Below are positions 38,108-55,520 of a stretch of 64,000 nucleotides of DNA, one piece after another (position 1 is the stretch's first letter; each line of letters starts with the position of its first letter). The position numbers were made by a program, and so were the translations under genes. The stretch is from assembly GCF_009914755.1 (NCBI RefSeq), contig NC_060927.1; one strand, given 5' to 3'. The stretch comes from the human T2T-CHM13v2.0 reference genome, Homo sapiens. The notes under the pieces are model-generated. The model saw nothing but the letters and a program-made list of their open reading frames with translations, was not told the DNA's origin and did not search any database.

Positions 38108-38420
38108 CTGAGAGATAGAAAAGAAAAATAAAAGAAGGTATCACCAAAATTTATGGAAAATTTTAAAATATATCTATCTCATGATCAATAAGCCATGCTG
38201 CCCTGTCTAACTTTTAAGATTCTCTTCCTTTAGGAACAGCCAGAGAGGGAATGGGTCTTACCAATATTCCCTAATATAGCAGAAAATCAAAAATAATGCA
38301 GATAACATGGATAAAGAATTAATCCCGGCCAGGCATGACAGCTCATGCCTGTAATCCCAGCACTTTGGTAGGACAAGGCGGGCGGATCACAAGGTCAGGA
38401 TATCGAGACCATCCTGGCTA

Positions 38421-38678
<258 letters not shown>

Positions 38679-39489
38679 TCACTTGATGCCAGGAGTTCGA
38701 GACCAGCCTGGGTAACAGAGTGAAATCCCATCCCTACAAAAAATATTAAAAATTAGCCAGGCATGGTGGCATGCACCGTAGTCCTAGCTACTTAGGAGGC
38801 TGAGGTGGGAGAATCACTTCAGCCCAGGAATTGGAGGCTGCATGAACTACGATTGTGCCACCGTACTCCAGCCTGGGAGACAGAGGGAGACCCTGTCCTT
38901 GTTTAAGAAAAAATTAATCCAATAGTAAATCAGATTAATTTGCAACTGTATGAAATACTCCCATTAATACTGGTTGATATGTAACAGAAATACTAGTTTT
39001 CCTACTGCTATCTGTTTTTTATTCAATTCAAAGAACAAAGTACAACAAAAAAATGTACACCAGTTAAAACATTTCAAATGAAAACTTCAACCCCACCCAT
39101 GAACAGATGGTGCTTTTGGAAAAATAAAGGGCAATTGTAACTACAGAATCCTTTTAACTGAGTTTTCTAAAATCAGAAGTCTGCTGGTCACTCTCCTAAG
39201 AGGTTCTGCCAGAATCAAAGCTTATTGAAAAAAATTCACTTTCCCCTTTTCCTCACAATTAAAATATAAATTCTGAGTTCTCCAGTCTCTACTGGAGAAA
39301 TAACAAGAAAAAAGACCCTAAGAAACATTAGAAAATATATTACCAATTCATTAAAAATTATTTAATGGGACATTTCAGTAATATTCAGAAATATGTAATA
39401 AACTCAAGAAACTCTGCATTTGCTAGTTTAAAAATTCTGTTAAAGAGACTATATATGTGCTGGATCATTCTACCATAGTACCACACTAC

Positions 39490-39552
39490 CTGCTGAGTTA
39501 ACTGCACTATTTGAGTTGTCCCAGGCTTGTCATGACATGTGGGAATCCGTAC
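39490..39552 (-). CDS. DENND6A: DENND6A exon 8 (63 nt, [21 protein letters not shown])
   Basis: ttttag / gtagtg, phase 0/0. Confidence 0.95.
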
Positions 39553-40921
39553 CTAAAAGAAAGACAGGAAATTATTTTTGGTTATAAAAGAATGGAGGAT
39601 GAGAAGTGCTGTATCCTGCTGCTAAAAAGGTATGGTCAGTAATGCCAAAAAAGCTACAAAAACAAAATTATCTATGTCAGAGTTAAAAACTAAGGTCATA
39701 TTTATTTTTAGTCACAGCAGAAAGTAAGTAAATCAAGGTCTCCATACCCACACACACACAGTAATCACTAACTCCCTGAGAAGTATGTTGAAAAACAAAA
39801 TGGACATCAGCTTCATACTGCTTCCTGTTTATTGTTCAAATCTTTGCTTCATTAATATACACACACCCAAACACACCCTCTCAAGCTTGCCAAATTTTTG
39901 GATAAATCTCACAGGAAACAATGAGAACACTCAATCCAGAACTATCAGTATTACTTTTGATGATTTCCCAAGGAAAAACACAATACAGATCCTACAAAAA
40001 TGGCCAAATGCAGAGAGAGAACATTGTCAAAAATAAGTCCTACTCGACAGTGACTTGCAAAGCACTTAGGGTACAACCTATACAAAGTCTGAGAGCAAAA
40101 TGCTAATTCATTTAAAAGAAAAATCTAACAGAGAACAAAACCCTGGGATGAACATGTGTGGTCTGACATCACGTGTTAAGAACATCACTTAGGACTAAGA
40201 ACCAATGGCTTTCCCAATTTCTCTTAATTTTTATTAATTCATACTCAATTCTACCAAGTAATCTGTTTCTGCATATCACTCATCTCTGGAGGCACTGGCA
40301 GGGCCATGGAATTGCAGAACTCCAGGAGGTAGCATTTACATATACATGTATTACATACAAATGACACTCTTCTGCAAACTCTACAGGATGCCATGAGATC
40401 AGAGGTGCCTGAAGTTGTGTGACTAATGGTTCTAGGAAGCAAAATGTATTGCAATATCTCTATAATGCCTCACATCAATGACAAACAAGGGAAAGCAATA
40501 ACATGATTAATATTAATAGAAGGTTAAAAAAGCAAAGCCCATGTGTGAGCTTCCTACAAAGTTCTTTTTTTTTTTTTTGAGACAGGGTCTCGCTTTTGTC
40601 CTGCAGGCTGGAATGCAGTGATGCAAACCTGGCTCACTGCAGTCTCAACTTCCCAGGCTCAAGCAATATCCCAAGTACCTAGGACTACAGGTGTGCACCA
40701 CCATGCCCCGTTAATTTTTTTATTTTTTGTAGAGACAAGGTTTCACCATGTTGCCCAGGGTGGTCTTCAACACTTGGGCTCAAGGGATCCACCCGCCTCG
40801 GCCTCCCAAAGTGCTCACAGGTGTGATCACAGGTGTGAGCCACCACGCCTGTCCAAAAGTTCTTTAAAAAGATCACAATTAGCCTAGGAAACATGGCAAG
40901 ATTCTGTCTACAAAAAGTTTA

Positions 40922-41122
<201 letters not shown>

Positions 41123-41126
41123 TTAC

Positions 41127-41206
41127 CTTCATTACCACCCCCATGATTGGCAGGTGTAATGTTTTCCCTGGCACTGGGGCAGGCCATCGATCAACATCAT
41201 TACAAG
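41127..41206 (-). CDS. DENND6A: DENND6A exon 7 (80 nt, [27 protein letters not shown])
   Basis: tttcag / gtaata, phase 1/0. Confidence 0.96.
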
Positions 41207-41812
41207 CTGAAAAATATAATAAAATATTTTCTTAGAATAAGTGAAAATATCAAAGTATTAAAAATGAGGCATTAGAAATAAGAACACTACTTTCCATACA
41301 GCAGAAAAAATATACCTGGAAGAATGAGAGATAAAAGGCAAAAGAAAAGTCAAAGTGATGAAAACATTTTATATTTCACTCAGAAATACACATGTTCTAG
41401 GATATAAATTGGTTAATTTATATCCTAAGTATTAAAGGGAGTTTTTGTATTCATTTATTACTACTAATTAGCTACAAAAGCACATCAACTGGCAAAGGCC
41501 TTCCATCTGTAGCAAGTGACATAAGGATTTTTCAATAGTACTCTGAGTATTAGAACTGTCAACTCGATATTCATTTATTATTATTCTAATAATAACAGGC
41601 ATCATCAAAGTAGTTAAAGGAGATAACAAAAGACAGTTTTGGATATCTGCAGGTACAGATGCCAGAAAAATAGTTTTATACCTTTCTCCTATCATATATT
41701 CCTTAAGTTCCTACCTGAATTTTTATAAATTGTTATAAATCAACTTCATTTTTATCACTTATTTCCAGTAAAAATTTTAAAACTCCTGCATAAAGGTATA
41801 TGTTAAACTTAC

Positions 41813-41918
41813 CTGCTTCCAAATAAGGTTCATTCTTTTCAAAATACTCTGGTGCTATCTGTTTGAGCACAGTGTGAAAAAAATGAATATAAGGTAGTTT
41901 GCTGATCAAAACCAAGGA
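41813..41918 (-). CDS. DENND6A: DENND6A exon 6 (106 nt, [35 protein letters not shown])
   Basis: cctcag / gtaagt, phase 0/1; visible inside ORF 41733..41981. Confidence 0.96.
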
Positions 41919-43130
41919 CTGAGGAAAAAACAAAAACAATGTTTTAAAAATTGCTTTGTCATTCATTTCTTGCATAATCAATTACTAACAAGCTAAATTC
42001 AGCAAAAAGTGTGGATTTTAAAATAAAAAGGCTTTTACAGTGGATAGTTAAAAGGAAACAAAACCATAGCTGCAGAACACAAAAAGTTTAACCTTATTGC
42101 TACACTTTAAGAGCATAATGGCATGTAACAGATTTTCCTGCTCTTCAAAAAAAGAATTTCCTATCAACAAACTAATGTCATGAGTAACTTCAAAAGTCTA
42201 GCTCCTGTTATCCTTACAATAGCAATATCAGGAATTAGCCATATGAACTTTCCCTATTAAAGAAAGAGTAAATTTTGATACTTTTCCAAAAGACTTATGA
42301 GTTATATTTTACAGTTCAACTGTCATAGCCACATAGTTGGAAATTGTAACCTTATGGTTTGATCATTTCAGATACAAATTATCCCAATTTTTAAACATTT
42401 TTTTTTTTTCTTAAAAACCACTTTTTATCTTTCTAACACCAATTAGCAGTCAGGGCAAATTCTGAGTACAAAAGGGAAAGGTATGTCTTGCTAGCTGGGA
42501 TTAAATAGGAAAGATTATTTTCTTTATTTTTGTTTCTTTCTTTTCTTTTTTCTTTTTTTTTTTTTTTTTTTTTTTGAGACAAGGTCTCACTCTGTCACCC
42601 AGGCTGCAGTGCAATGGTGTGATCATGGCTCACTGCTGCCTCAACCTCATGGGCTCAGGTGATCCTCCGACCTCAGCCTCCTGAGTAGCTGGGACTACAG
42701 GTGTATGCCATCAAGTCTGGCTATTTTTTGGGGGTCAGGGTGGATTTTTGGTAGAGATAGCGTTTTGCCATGTTGCCCAGGCTGGTCTCAAACTCCTAGA
42801 CTTAAGCAATCTGCCCACCTTGTCCTCCCGAAGTGTTGGGATTACAAGTGTAAGCCACTGTGACCTACCTGATTCTTTTTAAGAAACAAAAAGAATTGTA
42901 CATTTGGAATAGAAACAATAATGGCTAAGATGTTGCTAAAGTTTATTTACTGGCTCTTAAAAAAAATATAATAGTTCAGGCGTTTATTAGTTGCAACAAT
43001 ATTACAATCTGTTTATTCCTTCCCTTATTCTAAAATGTAAAACTTAAGTGGACTCCTCTGGCTTTTGACAGAATCCTGTGCAATAACTGTAACTTACTGT
43101 CAGGAATCTAGCACAGAGAGCAAAAATTCA

Positions 43131-43430
<300 letters not shown>

Positions 43431-44003
43431 CTACTTGAACCTGGGAGGCAGAAGTTGCAGTGAGCCGAGATCACACCACTGAACTCCAGCCTGGGCGACA
43501 AGAGCAAAACTCCATATCAAAAAAAAAAAAAAAAAAAAAAATCTATATATAAGCCAGGTGCAGTAGCTCACACCTGTAATTCCAGCACTCTGGGAAGCTG
43601 AGGCATGTGGATCACAAGGTCAAGAGTTCAAGACCAGCCTGGCCAAGATGGTGAAACTCCGTCTCTACTAAAAATACAAAAAATTAGCCAGGCGTCGGGC
43701 GGGCACCTGTAATCCCAGCTACTTGGGAGACGGAGGCACAGAATTGCTTGAACCCAGGAGGCAGAGGTTGCAGTCAGCCGAGATCGTGCCTCTGCACTCC
43801 AGCCTGGGTGACAGAGCGAGACTCCACCTCAAAAAAAAAAAAAAAAAAAAAAAATATATATATATACACACACACACACACATATATATAGCATGTTTAA
43901 AGATAAAATACCAAAGACTTTAAAGACTCTTAAATCTAACACTTTCTATTTTTCTAATCACAAAATAAAAAATACTTTTTTTATTAGTGTGTATGACAAT
44001 TAC

Positions 44004-44084
44004 CTTCTGAAAGTAGCCTCTTTTTAGAGTTTTATCTCGAACTTGTCGGAAATACACATATCCATAAAAATAAGCAGGATCCTT
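44004..44084 (-). CDS. DENND6A: DENND6A exon 5 (81 nt, [27 protein letters not shown])
   Basis: tcttag / gtaatt, phase 0/0; [14 protein letters not shown] motif. Confidence 0.96.
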
Positions 44085-44999
44085 CTAAGAAGAAAGTGAC
44101 AAGTAAGTGTGTGTGGGGGGGTACATATATATGTATCTATATCTATATCCATATCTATATCTTTTAATATTAACATCAGGCTCCTTTATAAACCCAAATC
44201 AAGACATGAGATATACACGAAGAGCTAGTTACGCTTTTCCAGCAACAAACAATAATCATGACAGCAACAGCCAGATCAGAACCTTCTAACTCTTGACATG
44301 GTCCATATGATGTGTGTAAAAGCTTAAAATTAAAACAAAAAAACCCTCCTAACTTGCCCAAAGATGGCAAAGTACTAATTACAATCTAAGTACTAAAGTC
44401 AAATTTTCCCCCTATAACTTACTCAGCTTACATTCTTTATTCGTATCTATACTAGGTGACTGAAGTTAAAAAAAAATCAAATTCTGTTTTCTCCAATGTT
44501 TTATTTAGTTTCTACAAAATTCTACCTACAATTTTGAGATTGTCAAGGATAAGGGATCAATCTTAAAACAAAATGAGGTATCCTAACATACAATTTCAAG
44601 AGAGAAAATAAAAGGAGTTAAATGACAATGTGAATCTTATATAGTCAGTTACACGTTAACCCAATAATAATGAAGCATAACAATGTTTATCAACATACAA
44701 TCTGAAAGGTAATTGCATTCCAAAAATTTAAGAAGCATTTACATCTTAATGGAGTAAACTTTGGCTCAGTTCCTTATTTGATTATTATTCCTTAAACAAA
44801 TATATATTGACCACCTACTTTGAACAGGGTGATGTGTTAGAGAAGATAAAAAGATGCATAAGACACAGTTCTTCCTCAAGGATATCATGATTTAGGAGGG
44901 ATAAGAAAGGAGAAAAATGAGGCCAGGTGCAGTGGCTCATGCCTGTAATCCCAGCAGTTTGGGAGGCCAAGGTGGGCGGATCATGAGGTCAGGAGATCA

Positions 45000-45268
<269 letters not shown>

Positions 45269-46490
45269 TTACAGGAAAGCCAAGGGGAAAAAGTAAAGAT
45301 TTCATGGAGGCAGCTGTTTTTGAATTGGGAATTGAAGGATGAATATGACTTAAACAAAGACAAAGGCATTCCAAGTTGAAAGGGCTAGGAGTTTCAGTAA
45401 AAACACAAAAGACAGAAAAATACATGCTATCTCAGGAAAAAGCACATAGTTCAGTTTGATTAAAATACGGCACATATATGGCACACATAGAAAGGAGATG
45501 AGGGTGAAACTTTGATGATGAAGTTCTTATTTTGGAAGGTCCAAAAAGTGAGGACAAGGAAGTAGTACTATACCTCTTTACTCGTTAAACAATTTGTAGT
45601 CATTTTAGATTTTACTTATATAATATATATGTACACTTTAGCTGGCAACACTGTATAAGGTATATTGTGCTGGAATAAAACAAGAGGTGGGATGACCTTG
45701 GGTAAGTTTCTTATGCTCAATAGCCCTCAATTCCCTCATCTACAAAAGGATCTCTCTTGGAGCACTGTAGGGAGGATTAATTAGATGATATATGCTTATT
45801 AATACAGTATCTAGAACATACAAAGCCCTAACAAATAACAGCTATTATTATCATTGGTTGGAAGAATATATTAGTAGTGACAGCAAGGAGGAGATGGCTC
45901 TAAGAGACATTTCACAGGTAGTATCTCTGCCATTAGTGGAACCAGGGAGGTAAACTGTAAAAACTGTTATCAGGCAAATTATGTCAAAGTCACACTGGAT
46001 GTGCTGATAGGGCATCCAGATGAAAACGTTCCTCATGTACTTAAAAAAAAATCTAGGCTGTAAGGTCATCTGAATTATTAAAATGTTTTAAATAAATAAT
46101 AACTAAAACAAGGCTCATTCAAAAATCAAAAAGAGACAACTATGTTATCAAGTATGACTACCTCAACTCTAGATGATAGTTACTGTACAGTACAACTCCA
46201 CTCCCACATCTAATTCAAGAATTTATTAACAAATGAAAGAAAATTACCTCAACATTCTAATCCATTTTTATAAATCACAGTGACATTATGTTTCAAACAT
46301 AGTAACTGTATAAAGTCCCTTTCATTCAGATGCTGAATCCTTATGAATAAGACTCACTTTGGAAATTCAGCTATATAATATAGTAGCAAAACAAAAGCAA
46401 AATATTTCTGAATGGTGTCAGCGGTAACTGAATAAATGAGTTCTAAAGTTTCCTCTCACATGGACATTTTCCTATGACTACTTTTCCAAC

Positions 46491-46603
46491 CTTTAAGTAA
46501 ACTGGTAAATCTTTGTCAAATTGATCCAGGAGACAATGCAGCGACACCCTCCTCCCAGAAGACTGTCGAAATCTAAAACAAAACTGGGTATCTCCAAGAC
46601 AAC
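46491..46603 (-). CDS. DENND6A: DENND6A exon 4 (113 nt, [38 protein letters not shown])
   Basis: cattag / gttgga (weak donor), phase 1/0, open frame. Confidence 0.95.
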
Positions 46604-47402
46604 CTAATGAAAATAAAAATGAAATAAATTAAGGATAGCTTAGTATAACATTTATCCAGTTTCATCAATTTTAGAGCTGAAAAAAATCCTATCAATCATT
46701 TTAACCCATTCTGTCATGTTTTGGAGGAAAAAAAGAAAATCCTAAGAGTTCCAGTGACTTGCTCAAAGCCATCCTTGCTGGTTAGAGGCAAAGCCAGAAG
46801 TAAAACATGCATCTTAACTCCTAAGTCTCTTTACTATTTTTCCTATTCCATATCCCTCATGTAATTAAACATTTTTGGAATATATCTGCATATAATGTTG
46901 ACTCACAAACATAATAATGAGCAAAAGATGCCAAACACAAAATAACACATATTGTTCAAATCCACTTTTATAAAATGTTTTGAAAGCAGGAAAAACTAAA
47001 CTGTCGTGCTTAGGGATGCATGGCTGGGTGATAAAAGTATAAAAAAAAGAAAAGTATTGTTATAAGAAAGGATAGTGGTTACATTTGGAGGAAAGATTCA
47101 CCTCAATTTCCTTGTCAACAAAATCAAGGAGTACTATTAGATAATCTCTAAAGTCACTTCCAGCAGTAACACTCAAAGACACTAAAATAAAATTCCCCAA
47201 TTTGACCTATGACTGTACTGAATTCCAAGCATCTTACCCAATACGATCACTAAGAAAACTAAAGATCTACAAGATCCAAAAAGATATAAAAGTTATGCTA
47301 TGAGCACCATAGCTTTCTGATGATTCACTGAAAAATAGAAAAATTTTAATGGAAATTGACTTTTTCTTTTACAAACGTAGTTATAAGAATTAACTTACAT
47401 AA

Positions 47403-47576
<174 letters not shown>

Positions 47577-47657
47577 TAGTAGAGATGGGGTTTCACCATG
47601 TTGGCCAGGTTGGTCTCACACTCCTGATCTCAGGTGATCTGCCTCCCAAAGTGCTAG

Positions 47658-47825
<168 letters not shown>

Positions 47826-49895
47826 TAAAATGTTATTTTTATATTTGTACAAACATAGCTACAGAGTGGATCAAAATGCCTAAGACTAAGACAAAACGTG
47901 AAGCTTCAAGAGCCAGCCCCCTCCCTTGACCCTCAGCTTATATAGTCACTCTCTCTGTGATTAGGGTGGTTAAGCTAGGTTGCTGAGAAACAGTATTTTA
48001 GACCAGAGCTTCTCACAATTTATTCCATAGACTGACGCCAGTCCATAAACTCTTGTTACTGTTCCATAACCAAATAAATATGCAAGTTGAGAATATATAT
48101 TTAGAAACTTTCATAGCAACTTGATATTGCTGTAATAAATTTGGACTTTTAGACCAGACACAGTGGCTCACGCCCGTAATCCCAGCACTTCAGAAGGCCA
48201 AGGCAGGTGGATCTCCTGAGGTCAGGAGTTTGAGACCAGCCTGGCCAACACGGTGAAACCCCATCTCTACTAAAAATATAAAAATTAGCCGGATGCGGTG
48301 GCAGGCACCTGTAATCCCAGCTACTCAGGAGGCTGAGGCAGGAGAATTTCTTGAACACAGTAGGCAGAGGTTGCAGTGAGCCGAGATCACACCACTACCT
48401 CCAGCCTGGGCAACAGAGCAAGACCCTATCTCAAAAAAAAAAATTAGACTTTTATTTTACATTTCTTTTTTTTCCTCATTTCATTTTATTTTTCTAACAA
48501 TTCAATTAAATTGTTTTTCAAAAATATTGGTCCATAACTGACTGGAAATATTAAAAACCCCAACTGGCCCTTCAACACGGTATGAGAAGTGCTGCTTTAG
48601 CAACTGGGAAGTGTAAAGCACATGATGATGTCCCTGCTGTCTACAAAGAAGAAATGTGTTGAGACGAATATTGTCTGCATGTCAAGTCCATCCAGAACAA
48701 GGAGGATTAATGTTTCCCTCAGATTCATCATTGCTTCAAACTCTCTCTACTAATGCTGAGTTTTTTTCTCTGGACATGTTTAAAATACAGTGACTTCTGT
48801 CCTTGGGCACTCATCACAGCTTAAGCCTCAGGAACACCTACATCCAGATGATGTTAATGGTAAATGATAAGGAAAAAAACACTGGACAAATATTTATCAG
48901 AGGGAAGGCCCTCTTTAAACTTAGGCTCCTAAAGATAAAAGCCATTCAAATGAAACAAAAAACTGAAACCTAAAAAACCAACCAAACAAAGCTTTTTTAA
49001 AGTCAGGAGAATCTAAGGTGGCGGAGGGGCGGGGAAGGGCAAACGATTCCAATCTCAAAAGCATTTTTATCTGTGTCATTTTTTCATCCAGTCTAACATG
49101 CTGTTTAAGTGGGTATACAATGGAAATAAAGGCTTGATTTATGTCTCTTTCCTAAAGACTGCTCTACTGTGTCTGGACTTTCTTCTACAGCAATTAAAGG
49201 TTATCCTGGGAAATAACAAATTCATTTCAAAGTTGGTACAGTAATCCTTTTTTTTCTTGAGATGGAGTCTCACTCCGTCGCCCAGCCTGGAGTGCAGTGG
49301 CACAATCTCGGCTCACTGCAACCTCAGCATCCCTGATTCAAGAGATTCTCCTGCCTCAGCCTCCTGAGTAGCTGGGACTACGGGCACACACCACCACGCC
49401 CAGCTAATTTTGTATATTCAGTAGAGATGGGGTTTCACCATGTTGGCCAGGCTGGTCTCGAATTCCTGATCTCAAGTTATCTGTCCGCCTCAGCCTCCCA
49501 AAGTCCTGAGATTACAGGTGTGAGCAACTGCACCCGGCCTCCAATTTTCATTTAATAAACACATAAAAAAACCAAACTGTATGGATAACTACAACTGAAA
49601 ATAGCAATTTCAAATATTTACAAAACATATAGTCTCTTGCTACCTAGGACAATGATGATCTGTTAAGACAGCAAAGTGCCTGCTTTCAGGTCTTTTGTAG
49701 ATTTTCCTTGTACCAACCATACTTCAAGTCACAAGAACCACACTTCATTTGATGTGCAGCACATAAAAAAAGCATTAAATAATATCTATGAGAAAAAAAT
49801 CAGTCAGGCGTGGTAGCTCACACCTCTAATCTCAGCACTTTGGGAGGCGGAGGTGAGCGGATCACAAGGTCAGGAGATCAAGACCATCCTGGCTA

Positions 49896-50301
<406 letters not shown>

Positions 50302-50550
50302 TCACTTGAACTGGGAGGCGGAGGTTGCAGTGAGCTGCGATCGTGCCACTGCACTCCAGCCTGGGTGACAGAGCAAAACTCCATCTCAAAAAAAAAAAAA
50401 AAAAAGAAAAAAGAAAAAAAAAATCTGTAGGTCATTCATAAGCCAAAAGTACTTAAAAATTTTTTTGATAATGACACATGCAGAGGCTATAAAACTAGAT
50501 ATAGGCTATCTAAACACCACAGAATTAACTTCTTAGCCTTGATGTATGCA

Positions 50551-51097
50551 TGCGGGGGACTTTTCCTCTACCATCTTAGGTTCACTAACTGGGGCCTGTG
50601 AAATAAACAGACAACAGATTAACGAGAAAAGATTTAGTTCGAATGCATACAAAGGCTTCAGAGAAAAAAAGTAAAAACCCAAAGAGGTGGTTAAACTTGG
50701 GAGCTTAGATACCATTTTAACAAAAGAAACTAAAATGCAGACAAAGGAAAAAGGATTTGGACTTCTAGGGGTGGTAATCTGTGGGAAGGTAAACATATGG
50801 GTAAAACTAATGAAAGATAAGGGTTATTTTAGCAAGGCTTATTTATGCAGAATTAAGCTGGTACCATCTCCAGTGATAAAGAGTTTTCTCTGGTGATTCA
50901 GAATTTTCTCCTCTTCCTGGTATGGGAAAGGGAAGGGGTGACACCTTCACAAAAGGAAATGTATGTCCTGCTTTTAGGCATATAGGGGGAGGGTAAAGGG
51001 CTCTTTTTGCATCTGCTGTTTCTCAGTTGCCTTCAACTCAAAATAATTCTTAAGCCAAAGTGGTATATTTGGGGGTGGTATATTCTGATCCCCTTCA
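50551..51097 (-). mobile_element. Solo ERV1 LTR, MER34-like
   Basis: Minus strand begins TGaaggggatcagaatataccacccccaaatataccactttggc and ends in CA; ~550 bp. Confidence 0.75.
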
Positions 51098-51704
51098 TGC
51101 TCATATAGAGAAGTGAAAAAGAGAGAGGAGCCATGACAACCAGCTATGATCTGAAAGAGAAGAGCATCCAGCATAATTCACTGGGATTCCATGCAGAAAG
51201 TCAGTTCATTCTGCAATCCATACAACTCAGCTTACTCTGAGACCTGGAAATCTAACCCATCACAGTATATAAGAAGTGTATGTACAGATTTTATAAGAAA
51301 AATGTTAACTGAAATGAAGATACATTCCTACAAGACCTCTGCATCATTATTTCATAAATGGGTCAAAAACACCAAAATAATTCCAGGTCAGAAAAAACCC
51401 CTTACTGGGATCTCTAAAAGGCAGTATCTAATTTACCAAGATACCACTTTTCTTTCATATAGTTCACCAAAGCTGAGTTCCAAATGGATAGGAAAAAAAT
51501 TCTGGAAGCATTTATACAGAAAGGAGAAAATGCTAAAAAAAATTTTGTTTAACTGTCAAATCTCTCAAATCAGATTAAATGAACTAACTAGCACAATATT
51601 AGAAGTAACCGGCCGGGTGTGGTGGCTCACGCCTGTAATCCCAGGACTTTGGGAGGCCGAGGTGGGCAGATCACGAGGTCAAGAGATCGAGACCATCCTG
51701 GCTA

Positions 51705-51950
<246 letters not shown>

Positions 51951-52623
51951 CTATAGGGTTATAACTGTGTGTGGCCTGAGAAGCTAAATGTTTTGGTCAC
52001 TATAAGCCAAGAAAAGCTAGTTTGAAAGTGAAACACAAGAGGTAACCTGAAGGATGTCAACGATTAGGACCACACAAAAGGAAGAGCTTGAAAGAGACTA
52101 ACAAAACCAAGCTCAACAATAAACAGACCCTTGTATGTTTTTTTCTATACACCAAGCACTACGCCAAGGCTTTACCTATATTAACCCATATAAACTACTG
52201 CACGTAACTTATGGCCTTGCTTCCTAACCAAATTTATCCTGGCTTTTTTTAGGTTCACTGCTTTTACAGAGTTCCTGGTAAGCTCCCAAATTCTGAACTG
52301 AAAGTAAACTACATACTATATAAACTATTTAATACATACTCCACGAATCCCAAATATACCAATGTCGCTGATTTTCAACCTCTTCGCTATTTTAAGAGTT
52401 TATTGTTCCTTGATGGTTTACCTCATCACACCATAACAGTTATTTTAAGAGTTGAAGCTACTAAAATCAACGATGACATGACTAGGCATCATTAAAATAG
52501 GAATAAAAATCATTGATCTGTTTGCAATCTAATATGCTATTTCAATCAATTTTCATACATTAACAGTATAACCAGTATTCTTAGTATAAAATTAAACAGA
52601 AACACTGTATGAAAAACAGTTAC

Positions 52624-52666
52624 CTGAATTTGAATCTGGAAAAGACAAATAGCAAATATTGGTTTT
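52624..52666 (-). CDS. DENND6A: DENND6A exon 3 (43 nt, KTNICYLSFPDSNS-G; uDENN FPDS motif)
   Basis: tttcag / gtaact, phase 0/1, 101-nt intron 2. Confidence 0.95.
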
Positions 52667-52767
52667 CTGAAAAAGAAAACAAAAGTGATGTATGCTGACA
52701 CATACATAATCAATAAAAACAAACAGAAATATAACAGTAAACTATACAGAGCAGTATTTTTACTTAC

Positions 52768-52806
52768 TTCTCTGTCAGTAAGTTTGGAATGCTGAGGATA
52801 AATTAC
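52768..52806 (-). CDS. DENND6A: DENND6A coding exon 2 (39 nt, [13 protein letters not shown])
   Basis: ttccag acceptor and gtaagt donor, phase 0/0. Peptide recognised as DENND6A. Exon numbering assumes one upstream exon outside the window. Confidence 0.93.
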
Positions 52807-52855
52807 CTGGAAGAAAAGAGTTAAATTTTGTTAAACATATTATAAACATTAGTTA

Positions 52856-53194
<339 letters not shown>

Positions 53195-53244
53195 CTAAAA
53201 TAGTAGTTGGTTATGGTCAAATCACTTTCAGAAATAGTTCACAG

Positions 53245-54090
<846 letters not shown>

Positions 54091-54131
54091 TAATGAAGTT
54101 TTTTTTGTGCTTTTTTTGTTTTTGTTTTTGA

Positions 54132-54450
<319 letters not shown>

Positions 54451-54452
54451 TA

Positions 54453-54794
<342 letters not shown>

Positions 54795-55047
54795 TCAAGA
54801 CCAGCCTGGCCAACAAGGTAAAACCCCATCTCTACTAAAAATACAAAAATTAGCTGAACATGGTGGTACATGCCTGTAATCCCAGCTACTCCGGAGGCTG
54901 AAGCAGGAGAATTGCTTGAACCTGGACCTGTGAGGTGGAGGTAGCAGTGGGCCCAAGATCGTGCCACTGCACTCCAGCCTGGGCTACAGAGCAAGACTCT
55001 TATCTCAAAAAATAAATAAATAAGATAAAATAAATAAATAACTAGTT

Positions 55048-55520
55048 CTGCAGCACTATTCACAATAGCAAAGCCATTAAATCAAATTAAATGCCCATCA
55101 ATGAGAGACTGGATAAAGAAAATGTGGTACATATATACCACGAAATACTATGCAGCCATAAAAAAAGAATGGGATCATGTCTTTTATGGGAACACGGATG
55201 AAGCTGGAGGCTATTATCCTCAGCTAACTAATGCAGGAACTGAAAACCAAATACTGCATATTGTCTCTTATAAGTGGGAGGAGCTAAATAATGAGACCTT
55301 ATGAACACAAAGAAGGAAACAACAGACACTGGGGTCTACTTGATGGTGGAGGGTGGGAGGAGGGAGAGGAGCAGAAAAGATAACTATTGGATACTGGGCT
55401 TAACACCTGGGTGATGAAATAATCTGCACAACAAACCCCTGAGACATGAGTTTATGTACATGTTTATGTAACAAACTTTTACATGTACCCAGAAACCTAA
55501 AATAAAAGTTAAAAGACAAA
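55048..55520 (+). mobile_element. Older L1PA (about PA13-15) 3' end
   Basis: aacacaaagaaggaaacaacagacactggggtctac ... cctaaaataaaagttaaaa. Confidence 0.8.

Noticed and set aside
48618-48762. C box (ATGATGA) and D box (CTGA) suggesting a C/D snoRNA
   Set aside because: Antisense to the host intron, no convincing terminal stem and no recognisable guide sequence.
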